Shown here: positions 1-8,999 of the stretch, piece after piece
How positions within the stretch are numbered: position 1 is the stretch's first letter
Layout of the letters: each line of letters begins with the position of its first letter
Assembly: GCA_028867755.1 (NCBI GenBank)
Contig: JAGWFT010000001.1
Location: forward strand, 996,727 to 1,060,726
Length of the DNA: 64,000 nucleotides
DNA from: Nitrososphaerota archaeon
GTDB lineage: Archaea > Thermoproteota > Nitrososphaeria > Nitrososphaerales > Nitrosopumilaceae
Reading direction: 5' to 3'
The notes under the pieces: model-generated
Databases searched by the model: none
What the model saw: the letters and a program-made list of their open reading frames with translations, nothing else
What the model was told of the DNA's origin: nothing
Program-made: the position numbers and the translations under genes

Positions 1-178
1 TGGCGTTTTTGTCCTTAAAGTCAGCAACAATCTGTCTTGCACCTGCCTTTGCAGCCGGGCAATTCTTTGTAGGATCTAAGACTATGACATCTGATATGTG
101 CTCTGGCATATTCTTTGCAGCCTCAGTCAGCATCATTCCAAGCTGCCCGCCTCCTATTATTCCAAGAATTTTTGGCAC
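1..178 (-). CDS. purK: N5-carboxyaminoimidazole ribonucleotide synthase, 5' part only (runs off window edge)
   Basis: Not in ORF track. Manual translation from GTG at 178 gives VPKILGIIGGGQLGMMLTEAAKNM...VIVLDPTKNCPA, the PurK N-terminal GGGQLG motif; in-frame TAA lies upstream of the GTG. Confidence 0.9.
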   Translation of the reverse strand, partial: MPKILGIIGGGQLGMMLTEAAKNMPEHISDVIVLDPTKNCPAAKAGARQIVADFKDKNA

Positions 179-268
179 TATGCAGATTCGCCACTGGTTT
201 TAAAAATAGTTACCTCTTTGCAGCATAAACGTTTGAAAGTTTATTACCTCTCCAAAGTTAGCTAATTC

Positions 269-685
269 ATGGCACTAAAAGCTGCACTCATAATGTCAGT
301 AATCTCAATAATTATGATAGCTATCTATGGTGTAGATGTTATTGCAGCTGGCCCTAATGCAAGTTCTGCTGGAAAAACAGGATTTCTTCCAATGAGTGCC
401 TCTGTTCGAGGCTCTGTGTTTGGGATGATTCCATCTGCAATGCTAATTGCATCGTTTTTCATTACAAGAAAAGAGCCATCTAGTGCTCTTGGGGCCTTGA
501 TGATAATTGGTGGGGCTCTGATTATTGTTGGCACCGGCGTCATACTGGCAATACAGGGAAGTCAGTCTCAAGACTCCTCACGGGTCATGCGAGAGTTTGG
601 GGCGGTACTAGGAATAGGAATCATCATAGTGTTTCTTGGAGGCCTTAAAATCCGAGGGTCGCGAAAAGCTCGTGCATCTGCATAA
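269..685 (+). CDS. Hypothetical membrane protein (about 4 TM)
   Basis: 138-aa ORF with alternating hydrophobic segments and basic C-terminus. Confidence 0.75.
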   Translation: MALKAALIMSVISIIMIAIYGVDVIAAGPNASSAGKTGFLPMSASVRGSVFGMIPSAMLIASFFITRKEPSSALGALMIIGGALIIVGTGVILAIQGSQSQDSSRVMREFGAVLGIGIIIVFLGGLKIRGSRKARASA

Positions 686-738
686 TTCTAGCCAGTATAG
701 TGCAAATCTTCAAACGCAAGTGCAATGTTATCTCATTT

Positions 739-879
739 ATGCATGTTTGTGCAAAATGCGGGCAAGATGCCAAAAAGCTATATGATTGTGAGCATACCCA
801 TGACCAAGAATACTGTGTTGAATGTTATACCGAGCTGCATTATTACCTGACTGAAAGCCCGAAAAAAGATTCAACCTAG
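739..879 (+). CDS. 46-aa Cys/His-rich microprotein (putative zinc finger)
   Basis: Manual translation MHVCAKCGQDAKKLYDCEHTHDQEYCVECYTELHYYLTESPKKDST; CxxC...CxH...CxxC...H; fills intergenic gap. Confidence 0.7.
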   Translation: MHVCAKCGQDAKKLYDCEHTHDQEYCVECYTELHYYLTESPKKDST

Positions 880-931
880 ACACAAATATTTTGCTAATTG
901 ATGGTGTGTGTAAGTAGGCGGGGCTGTTCAA

Positions 932-1150
932 TTAAGAGCGAACAATTTTTTCTGCCAGTGCTAATTTTGCATCCATTATGCCAGACAAGGCATTCTCAAT
1001 TCTGGCCAAGTGTTCGTTTACTCCTTCTGCATCGTTTCTTAGATTTCTTAGCTTCATTGCCTCGACTTCTAATGTTATGTCCGAAATGTATTGTGTGAAT
1101 ACATCTGAAAACGAAGTCTTTTTCGTATCTAATACAAGATCGCGGCTCAT
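932..1150 (-). CDS. Hypothetical helical/coiled-coil protein
   Basis: 72-aa ORF with amphipathic heptad pattern. Confidence 0.6.
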   Translation of the reverse strand: MSRDLVLDTKKTSFSDVFTQYISDITLEVEAMKLRNLRNDAEGVNEHLARIENALSGIMDAKLALAEKIVRS

Positions 1151-1379
1151 GTCATTATCTACATATCAGGATTATAAAAGGCTGGTCTGCCAAAAATGGA
1201 AATGATAACAATTACTCACATCTTTGGTGTTTTTTTATACTAGAATACTGATTCTTAGTTTTATTTCTAGAAGAGGCCAAGTCAGCTATTGACCTGTATG
1301 TCTCACAGAGTTACAGATCATAAAACATTTCTAATTAACCAAGTTTTTATTTTAATAATTTAAAACATGATGTCTTTTT

Positions 1380-2165
1380 TCAATCTAGAAGATCTTTTAA
1401 GTTGTCAAACTCGCTTTTTGTAATATCGCATCCACCTTTGGAATCCATCTTTTTCTTCATCCTGTCAAATCTTTCTGCCAGTAATGAAAGTTCGATTGGT
1501 TGTCCGTTTTCCTCATTTGTCAAGTCAATATAGTATTTTACTCTCTCTTCAAATTTATCAGGTGTAATTTCTTTAATTAAAACCTCGCCAGTGGCTATGA
1601 TTTTGGCCATCTTCTCTCTTTGCTTTTGTTCCAGTTTTTTCTTTTCTGATTCTATCTGCTGTCTGTGGTCTTCGTATCCTACTTTCATTTCTTTTAGTTC
1701 AGTCTCTAATTTAGAAAGAACACCGTTTACAGCCTCAAACACCTCTTTGTCATTTTCCACATTTGCCTGAGGCCCTCTTGATGTCTTTGAATCTCTGGGC
1801 TGGATCTCTATATGAGATCCTTCTAATTGCTCATCTACAGCTAATCTTACAATCATTGGCTTTGGGTTCTTTTTTGCTACCAGCCCAAACGCTACAGAAC
1901 CAAATCCTGCAAATGTCATTCCTATCAACAAATATTGAAAGATGAGAATTACCTGATGCAATGGCGGATATCCCATCTGGCGTAGCATCCCGGCAGCGCT
2001 CATGGTATTGCCATTTGATAATGAACCGATAAAAGTGTGAACTGTATTGGTCAGAAAACTTGGCGAGTAGTAATATGCTGGTATTGAAATTATTGCAAGT
2101 AGTGCGCCTGCAGCTACTGGTACAAATCTCATTCTATACCAGATAAAACCGAATCTAATATCCAC
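1380..2165 (-). CDS. Hypothetical membrane protein, 2 N-terminal TM + cytoplasmic coiled coil
   Basis: Two hydrophobic segments then K/E-rich heptads (LSKLETELKEMK...LEQKQREKM); start may be the downstream Met. Confidence 0.75.
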   Translation of the reverse strand: MDIRFGFIWYRMRFVPVAAGALLAIISIPAYYYSPSFLTNTVHTFIGSLSNGNTMSAAGMLRQMGYPPLHQVILIFQYLLIGMTFAGFGSVAFGLVAKKNPKPMIVRLAVDEQLEGSHIEIQPRDSKTSRGPQANVENDKEVFEAVNGVLSKLETELKEMKVGYEDHRQQIESEKKKLEQKQREKMAKIIATGEVLIKEITPDKFEERVKYYIDLTNEENGQPIELSLLAERFDRMKKKMDSKGGCDITKSEFDNLKDLLD

Positions 2166-2471
2166 TTGTTTGTAATAATGACTGACATCACGTTCTAGAC
2201 TATGATATGAAAATCATACCCTAGACTTTGGTTTTTCTGTAAAATCTATCTGAACCTGTATTTCAAAACTTTTTGCAGTCTATGCCGCTATGATTACAAA
2301 CAGGCTTTTATCTGCCTGTGGAGACTTCTTGATGCCATTTTGTAATTCCAGAAAATTACATTTCACTATTGTAGTACTTTGTCACTTGAATAACGCGATA
2401 TGTTTTCAAGTGATTTCCAAAATTGGAATTTGTTATCTAGAAAATATCCTACTCTTTAAATATAATTTCAA

Positions 2472-3224
2472 ATGAATTTTTATGTAATGAGTGCACCACA
2501 AGTCAAAGTAAGAACAGGAGTGCCTGGTTTTGATTCTGTAATTTCTGGTGGATTTCGAAGGGGAAAGACCATTGTTCTATCAGGTCCTCCAGGTAGTGGG
2601 AAAACAACATTTGGAATGCAGTTTCTCTATTTTGGTGCAAAAGATTTTGACGAGCCGGGAATCTTTGTAACTCTTTCTCAGAGTCCAGATGAAATAAAAA
2701 ATGACTTCAAGTCGTTTGGATGGGATGTTCAAAAATTATTTGATGATGGAAAGATGATAATAATAGACGCGCGACCGTTTAAGATGGAAGACGGGTTTAT
2801 CGCACTAGATGAATCACTCTACAGGGGAGAGTCATTACCATTTATGCATCTCACTCAGTTGATACTAAGTAGCATAAAGCGAATAGGTGCAAAGAGATTG
2901 GTGATTGATTCTCTTACGGTGCTTGGCATGCAGTATACTAACAGCTTTTACACAAGGCGAGGACTGCAGGGAATGGTTCATACACTCGAAGACCAACAAT
3001 GTACCTCTCTATTGGTATCTGAAGAGAACAAGACAGACAAGACACCTTTTGAGTGGCACGTTGTGTCAGGTATTGTACTATTGCATCACGTAAGAAAAGA
3101 GGATACGATGGAAAGGGCAATTCAAGTGATTAAAATGCGTGGTACAAAGCACAGCGAGCAAATATTTCCAATTAAACTCACAGAATCAGGGTTGCAGATA
3201 ATTCATCCTAGGATAGTTCCCTAG
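2472..3224 (+). CDS. KaiC/RAD55-family RecA-fold ATPase (single domain)
   Basis: Walker A GPPGSGKT, Walker B RLVIDSL, C-terminal KMRG motif. Confidence 0.9.
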   Translation: MNFYVMSAPQVKVRTGVPGFDSVISGGFRRGKTIVLSGPPGSGKTTFGMQFLYFGAKDFDEPGIFVTLSQSPDEIKNDFKSFGWDVQKLFDDGKMIIIDARPFKMEDGFIALDESLYRGESLPFMHLTQLILSSIKRIGAKRLVIDSLTVLGMQYTNSFYTRRGLQGMVHTLEDQQCTSLLVSEENKTDKTPFEWHVVSGIVLLHHVRKEDTMERAIQVIKMRGTKHSEQIFPIKLTESGLQIIHPRIVP

Positions 3225-3226
3225 TT

Positions 3227-4081
3227 TTACAGATGTATGTTCTTAGATCCAGCCCAGATGGACTGGAATAGCATACGCATAGAGTAAATCATGGCTTCTG
3301 AGTCTGTCCATACTGCTGATATCTCTTGGTTTGATTGGCTCAAGTTCTTGATAAAGAAGACAAGCTCGCTATCATCCCTGACTATAAAACATAGGTTATC
3401 TCTCATGCTGTCAGGCATTTTTCTCACTTTGGATCTATCAATATCATCAAATATGTACATTGATTTATCCGATGTCAAGGCCAACAGCTTAAGATCAATC
3501 TGGGCTTTATCAAGTGGCTCAAAAAAGTCAGAATGATAGAACTTGAGAAAGTCTTTTTCTGAGCCCCACACAAAAAATTCTTTTTTGGCATTTGAGATCA
3601 TCTCTTTTATCTTGCTGTGAATCTGGTTTGTCCCTTGCAGCATCTGGAATTTGTTTTCTTTACTTTCAGAAGCGACATTAAATTCAGGAATGCTGTTCCA
3701 TAGGTCTACTATGTTTTTTTCTTGTTTTTCAAGTGTATTTACTCGCTCTTTTTCTGCATTTACCAAAACCCAAATTGCTTTGTTTAACGGCTCGGCAGAA
3801 AACTTGATTGGATGCTGGAATGTTGCAGAGACCAATCCTTTGTTTTGCAATGTTGTAAGCAGGTGGTATGTCTCTGTTCTGGGAAGTTTTAATGCTTTAC
3901 AAATATCTGGGGCTTTTTTTGAGCCATACTTGCCAAGAAATATGTAGACTTTGCATTGATTTGGCGTGAGCCCATACTTGGCAAGCTCATCTTTTAGCTT
4001 GTCAACTGATAACTTGTGTTCATATAATTTTGAATCTGAGACAGAGTCAAATATTGTGATTTGCGTCTCCTCATCTCTCAT
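3227..4081 (-). CDS. TrmB-family transcriptional regulator
   Basis: N-terminal wHTH (GLTPNQCKVY...LPRTETYHLL..LQNKGLV), coiled coil, C-terminal effector-binding domain. Confidence 0.88.
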   Translation of the reverse strand: MRDEETQITIFDSVSDSKLYEHKLSVDKLKDELAKYGLTPNQCKVYIFLGKYGSKKAPDICKALKLPRTETYHLLTTLQNKGLVSATFQHPIKFSAEPLNKAIWVLVNAEKERVNTLEKQEKNIVDLWNSIPEFNVASESKENKFQMLQGTNQIHSKIKEMISNAKKEFFVWGSEKDFLKFYHSDFFEPLDKAQIDLKLLALTSDKSMYIFDDIDRSKVRKMPDSMRDNLCFIVRDDSELVFFIKNLSQSNQEISAVWTDSEAMIYSMRMLFQSIWAGSKNIHL

Positions 4082-4234
4082 TGTTCTTCACCTTGTATCT
4101 TGGTCTGATGTATTGGGGGCACGTCAAACACTGATCGACTTTGGTCATTTGTTGCCCTTTTATGTGTATACATTTTATTAAATATGATGGTTTTACATCT
4201 CATATAGTAATTTATTTTAATTTTGTTCATGAAT

Positions 4235-4777
4235 TTATATAATATTTATTTCATCTATTGGAACATCAAAGATCGATTTGAACGAGAATTTGGCTCTAGA
4301 CTGGGCTGTCTGCGTAAATGCAATCTCTGCAGGTAACTCGTGGGTTGTAAGAAAAACACATCCTAAGTCTTTTTTAAGGCCTCTGGCAACTAGGTCATCA
4401 ACTGCCTGTTTTATCTTGGTGGCTCGGTCTAACTCTGATTTTACCTGCTCTGCTGCTTTAAAGTATAATTCCAGTTCCCCTTTTAACCCGATTCCGTCAA
4501 ATATTGATATTGAATCAAGATTGTACCAGTTATTTTTTTGATCTTTTTTCTTGACGCTTTTTTTCTTTTTTGGGTCGTTTGTGACACCTTCTATTTTTTG
4601 TCGCATATCTTGCAATTCAGCTGAATTTGTAGAATCAGTTGCGCGAAGTTTTTCCCCGATTAATCCTGATAGCTCGCCTGATCGGTTCTTTAATTGCCCT
4701 ATGTTGCTATCTAGCATCTGCTGTAATTCGGTTATAGTTCTAAACGACTTGATTTTTTCTTGTGTCATCTGGCTCAA
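4235..4777 (-). CDS. Hypothetical coiled-coil protein
   Basis: 180-aa ORF overlapping upstream gene by 4 nt. Confidence 0.75.
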   Translation of the reverse strand: MSQMTQEKIKSFRTITELQQMLDSNIGQLKNRSGELSGLIGEKLRATDSTNSAELQDMRQKIEGVTNDPKKKKSVKKKDQKNNWYNLDSISIFDGIGLKGELELYFKAAEQVKSELDRATKIKQAVDDLVARGLKKDLGCVFLTTHELPAEIAFTQTAQSRAKFSFKSIFDVPIDEINII

Positions 4778-5265
4778 ACTTTTCCTATCTGGGCTGCTGA
4801 CGTATCCATTGTTATTGCATCATCTGAGCTTGAGCTTGGTATTCGTTTTAGCTTCTTGGCGCCTTCCTTTAAGAAAGATATCTTTTTGTTCTTTATTTCT
4901 CTGTCAGTTCTTGCCATGGAGATGATGGCAGGTATTGAATATTTCAGGACATTAGCAGTTTCGTCCAGTGTGAGATGATCAAACCTCTTTGTTTCAGACT
5001 TGTAGTTTGGTTTGATGATTAGTAAATCCAAGTTTGGAGTCAAGACAATGCGAAAGTCTTCTGGTAAGCTTAAAAGTTGTGGATGCAAGTCAACAGAAAA
5101 TGAAAGATATGAAGTAATTATTTTCAAAGAGTTGTACAAGTCGTCTATGATGTTTACTTTTTCCTTGTCTATTTCATATACCTGAACAGCTTCGTCTACT
5201 AGGTCCTCCATGGCCTTTACTGCTGCTGCTAAATTTTCATCACTTGCGTTTGCTTCTGAGGGCAT
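4774..5265 (-). CDS. Hypothetical protein
   Basis: 163-aa ORF; TATA-like TTTATATAAA about 20-30 nt upstream. Confidence 0.75.
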   Translation of the reverse strand: MPSEANASDENLAAAVKAMEDLVDEAVQVYEIDKEKVNIIDDLYNSLKIITSYLSFSVDLHPQLLSLPEDFRIVLTPNLDLLIIKPNYKSETKRFDHLTLDETANVLKYSIPAIISMARTDREIKNKKISFLKEGAKKLKRIPSSSSDDAITMDTSAAQIGKV

Positions 5266-5354
5266 TACCCAAAAAATGGCTTTTTTATATAAAGAATATG
5301 TGTATGTAAGTTAAAGTTACAACAGAGAACTGAATTTTTGTGTTGCCCAAAATA

Positions 5355-7850
5355 TTACGTTACCCTTACCACGCCAATATACTGGGTCACAAAGAATGGC
5401 TCGCCCTTTTGGTCATATCCACTTAGAAACGCGTACATTCTATAGCGTCCAGGAGTAATGTCTCCGTTTGCGTTCTGTGAAGGAGTTAATGCTGGAGGGC
5501 TAAAACAAACAGATAGCGTAGAGCCAACAGTAAAAATCGAACTATCTGTTAGTTGTTCATGAGGGTTTCCGCCAAATCCACAGTTCACCGACCCATATGC
5601 CTGGCTCGCATCAATGGTTTCAAATGTCACTCTAGTATTGTCTGTAAGCCATGCAGCATTAGGCCCAGGGTTGTAAACGTAGACATTTCCGTCTTGGCCG
5701 TGCTGATAAGTATAGTATGCAGGAAATGGTGTATCTGGATGTGGAACTTGAAGCATTGAGTTTGACTGTCCTGTGATTGCCGAGTTGTCAATTTCTAGCT
5801 TCATTGGGAGCTGTCCATTATTGAGTTGACTGACAAAGGTCATCTGAAGCTGCAACCTCTGGTTTGCTGTGAGTGTAACCTGTGGTAATGCGATAGAGTA
5901 ATTGTATTGCCCCCATGTATTGCTTGGATTAGAATAGGCACCAAATGAATCTGCAAAATTCATTGCAAAGCTTGAGCTTGTTGCAAGGTTCCCATTAGAT
6001 ACCAGATTACCATTTTGATCTACTATGTTTATTACAAAATTGATCTTGTGTGCTGCTGTACCGTAGTTTGTTTTATACAAATCAGCTATCTGGTTTGTAG
6101 GTGATGTTGTCAAAGCAACACTGTTCCAGTGAATCAAGTCATCTAGATAACCTGTAAAATAATTTATGCCGCTTGAGCTGTCATCTCGACCTACAGACCA
6201 TTTACTAGAAGGGTGGGAGTTACAATTAGAACATGAAACCCCTCCATTGGTTGCCTTTTGAACTCCGTCTACATATAGTGTGCACGTATCTGTACTGCCA
6301 GCATATGATCTTACAGCAATGAAATGATGCCAATTGCCATCATTGTAGGCATTTGCAGTAGGAGTTTCACAACTTATGACAGGGCTTAGATTTGACTTGC
6401 CAGCATATCTGAATAATAATTTGCCTGCATTTGCGCCGTTATCCAGTCCTATCTCATAAAATGGCTGCGAATCACCATTAGAACCAATTCGAAATATTAC
6501 CTGTCTTGCAGACGAGCTGGTCTTAAACCACCCAGATGTGGAATCTGTAGAACCCATATCGTTAACGCCTCCTTTTATGCTGGCGTCCATGTATTGTGAG
6601 TTGGCACCGTTAAAAAAACACCCCCCAGAGCCATACTGTCCATTTGCAGAAGTACACGTTGGTTTAGCACTATTGCTACCCAAAGTAAGCGCGTGGCCTG
6701 CATCAACATTTCCTGTAGACTCGGCAGCAGTAGTTGCTAGCGGCCCATCCTCAAAATGATAAATCATCATGTTGTTGTTTGTGGGCAGTGTTGTTGCAAC
6801 TGGGCTGCTCAAGTATCGAAGCGTAGCATTCCATTTTCCTGCATTCATGTCAATTGTTATGGTGTCATTGTTGGTGTAGAAATTCTGCGTTCCAGCAGTA
6901 TCCATCTGGATTATTTTTCCTCTAGTGTCAGCTGCTACAGAATGCATTTCATATCCATTTAGGGCATCTGTAGTTTCCTGATGTAAAATTAATTGGCTGT
7001 CATCAACACTAACTGCAGAAAGTCCGCTTGTGGTAAGAGACGTTTGGCTCTGAGTAGCGCTTGGAACCTGGGAGATGTTGACAACCGAGAGAGCATAATT
7101 TCCTTGATGTGCGTTCTGAATAGTTGCGTTGAATTCCTCTGAAGATCCAATCTCACCTGACAAGGTGCATGTCCATTGGAAAAGTGCCGTTTCACCGTTT
7201 TGTATTGTTGTATAAGATGGCGGTGCGGCAGTTGGCGGACAACTGGGCGTTGCTCCACCTGAAATAAAATTCAACACAGGAGTAACATTTGTCATTATTG
7301 CATTATTTGACATGTTGTTTGTTACCGCTAAAATTACTGTTGTGCTAAATCCATCTGGGACAATATTTGGAGTTGTAAAAAGTTGTATGGATATGGGTGC
7401 AGAAGCTGCCGAGTTTATGGTAAACTGTTGTTCATTGCCTCTTGATGTTACCAGTTTGATATTGTATTGATTTGAAGGATTGACGTAAACAGGTATGTTT
7501 TGTCCTATGTTAGTTAGTGTACTGCTAGGCACTACAAGCGTGCTGCTTGGTGTATAGCTGTAAACCCAATCAGTCTTTGACATGTTTTGAACCCATATTT
7601 TTGTAAAGTTGATTGGAAGAGTGCCAGTGTTTGCAACAGTTATGTTAAGCTTAGAGCCTGAAACCTCGACGTTAGAAATCTGAAATTTCTCTTTATTGGT
7701 ATCTAATAACTGCTGATTTTTTCCCAACACTGATTGGTTGTATCCATTTAGAATATTCATGCTATAGGTAATGTAAGTTACTGTACTTGTGAGTGCAATT
7801 ATGGCAAACACGGCTCCTACCACAGTAGATAGCGCTCTTCGGGATTTCAT
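5355..7850 (-). CDS. Large type IV pilin-like adhesin with LamG/concanavalin A-like domain
   Basis: Class III signal MKSRRA|LSTVVGAVFAIIALT; LamG motifs WHHFIAV..LYVDG..VGR..FTGYLDDL..W..AL; many N-x-S/T sequons. Confidence 0.85.
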   Translation of the reverse strand: MKSRRALSTVVGAVFAIIALTSTVTYITYSMNILNGYNQSVLGKNQQLLDTNKEKFQISNVEVSGSKLNITVANTGTLPINFTKIWVQNMSKTDWVYSYTPSSTLVVPSSTLTNIGQNIPVYVNPSNQYNIKLVTSRGNEQQFTINSAASAPISIQLFTTPNIVPDGFSTTVILAVTNNMSNNAIMTNVTPVLNFISGGATPSCPPTAAPPSYTTIQNGETALFQWTCTLSGEIGSSEEFNATIQNAHQGNYALSVVNISQVPSATQSQTSLTTSGLSAVSVDDSQLILHQETTDALNGYEMHSVAADTRGKIIQMDTAGTQNFYTNNDTITIDMNAGKWNATLRYLSSPVATTLPTNNNMMIYHFEDGPLATTAAESTGNVDAGHALTLGSNSAKPTCTSANGQYGSGGCFFNGANSQYMDASIKGGVNDMGSTDSTSGWFKTSSSARQVIFRIGSNGDSQPFYEIGLDNGANAGKLLFRYAGKSNLSPVISCETPTANAYNDGNWHHFIAVRSYAGSTDTCTLYVDGVQKATNGGVSCSNCNSHPSSKWSVGRDDSSSGINYFTGYLDDLIHWNSVALTTSPTNQIADLYKTNYGTAAHKINFVINIVDQNGNLVSNGNLATSSSFAMNFADSFGAYSNPSNTWGQYNYSIALPQVTLTANQRLQLQMTFVSQLNNGQLPMKLEIDNSAITGQSNSMLQVPHPDTPFPAYYTYQHGQDGNVYVYNPGPNAAWLTDNTRVTFETIDASQAYGSVNCGFGGNPHEQLTDSSIFTVGSTLSVCFSPPALTPSQNANGDITPGRYRMYAFLSGYDQKGEPFFVTQYIGVVRVT

Positions 7851-8332
7851 GGTGGGGCTGCCTGCGTTGTAAGTGTGGTTCCTCTTTGAGTTGTAATGGT
7901 AATAGTGTCTGCACTCTTGCTCTTCCAGACTGCATTGGCAGAAAGTTTTGCTGATATGGTATACGATGCTTGCTGATTTATTGTGGCAGGCAAGGCTGTA
8001 GACATGGATAGGTAGCTGCTTATGGCCGTACTATTGACCTGCATACTAGTTATCTTTGCAGCTACTGTGCCAGTGTTTGTTAGCGTCACATTTATGATGT
8101 TTTTTGAGTTTGCTGAACCACAATTAGTACAAAATGCTACGTTTTCTATATTCAAATTTTCATTTATCTTGTTGGTCATATTTGATGAAGTGTTTATCAA
8201 TGAAGTTTCAAATGTCTTGAGATTTCCATTTGACCATGCAACTATTGAGCTGCCCAACACGGCAACACTTGTTAACAATATTGCTGTAGTGATAACACTA
8301 CTAAGACCCCTGTGAGCTCTAACAAACTTCAT
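7847..8332 (-). CDS. Type IV pilin-like protein (minor pilin)
   Basis: Class III signal MKFVRAHRG|LSSVITTAILLTSVAVLG; 4-nt overlap with the LamG pilin gene. Confidence 0.85.
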   Translation of the reverse strand: MKFVRAHRGLSSVITTAILLTSVAVLGSSIVAWSNGNLKTFETSLINTSSNMTNKINENLNIENVAFCTNCGSANSKNIINVTLTNTGTVAAKITSMQVNSTAISSYLSMSTALPATINQQASYTISAKLSANAVWKSKSADTITITTQRGTTLTTQAAPP

Positions 8333-8379
8333 ACATGTTTTCTTTGATTTATTCTGTCTTGGCGTGGTACTGTATGTGG

Positions 8380-8904
8380 CTAGATTGAATTTACACTCGC
8401 CTCACTTATGATCTCTTTTGGCAAAGGCTGGATTCCAGCCATTTGTTCTGCAATAATGTCATTTTCAATATCTGTTGTAACTGTCTCTTCTACAGGCTCT
8501 GGTATCTTGGAAGCTTCTTCTTGTTTTGTTTCTACTTGAGGTGCAGACGATATCTGTGATAGCTTGTAGGCAGGGCATGGAATTTGCACGCTCTTTGAGA
8601 CTACATAAATTAAAGGAAAGATTTCTTGATATATCGTATTTACAATTAATGGTATGTTTTTTTGATCAGGTTCAAGATGTTTTGATATCTCGATATCATC
8701 CCCGCAAAGAGAGGCAATACCTTCTACGGATAATTTTGTATTTGTAGGGTTTGAAAGCAAGGTAAATTTGTATTTTAATTTGATTCCAAACTCGTTGTTT
8801 TCTATCTCATCTACTGATACATCAATGTCATATTTGATGAAATCATCATGGAAATTTTTTAATTTGTTTACTGTAAACGCTGTTATCTCTATACTTGGAT
8901 GCAT
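8380..8904 (-). CDS. Hypothetical protein, possible SecB-like fold with acidic tail
   Basis: Beta-strand pattern followed by helix IYQEIFPLIYVVSKSVQIPCP; fold call is inference. Confidence 0.6.
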   Translation of the reverse strand: MHPSIEITAFTVNKLKNFHDDFIKYDIDVSVDEIENNEFGIKLKYKFTLLSNPTNTKLSVEGIASLCGDDIEISKHLEPDQKNIPLIVNTIYQEIFPLIYVVSKSVQIPCPAYKLSQISSAPQVETKQEEASKIPEPVEETVTTDIENDIIAEQMAGIQPLPKEIISEASVNSI

Positions 8905-8999
8905 TTGATCCGTATATTGAATAGATCCAGACTTAAGCCCCTGTCTGTAGCGCCATAATACATATCATACAATTAACGACTCTTCATAATACCAATTTT

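Noticed and set aside
2472-3224. Circadian clock KaiC or gas-vesicle GvpD
   Set aside because: Single domain only; no kaiA/kaiB or gvpA-like genes nearby.
4278-4925. Long antisense ORFs (also 16403-16720, 18422-18862, 20815-21261, 40233-40985, 47595-47969 and others)
   Set aside because: Shadow frames of well-supported genes, with no motifs of their own.
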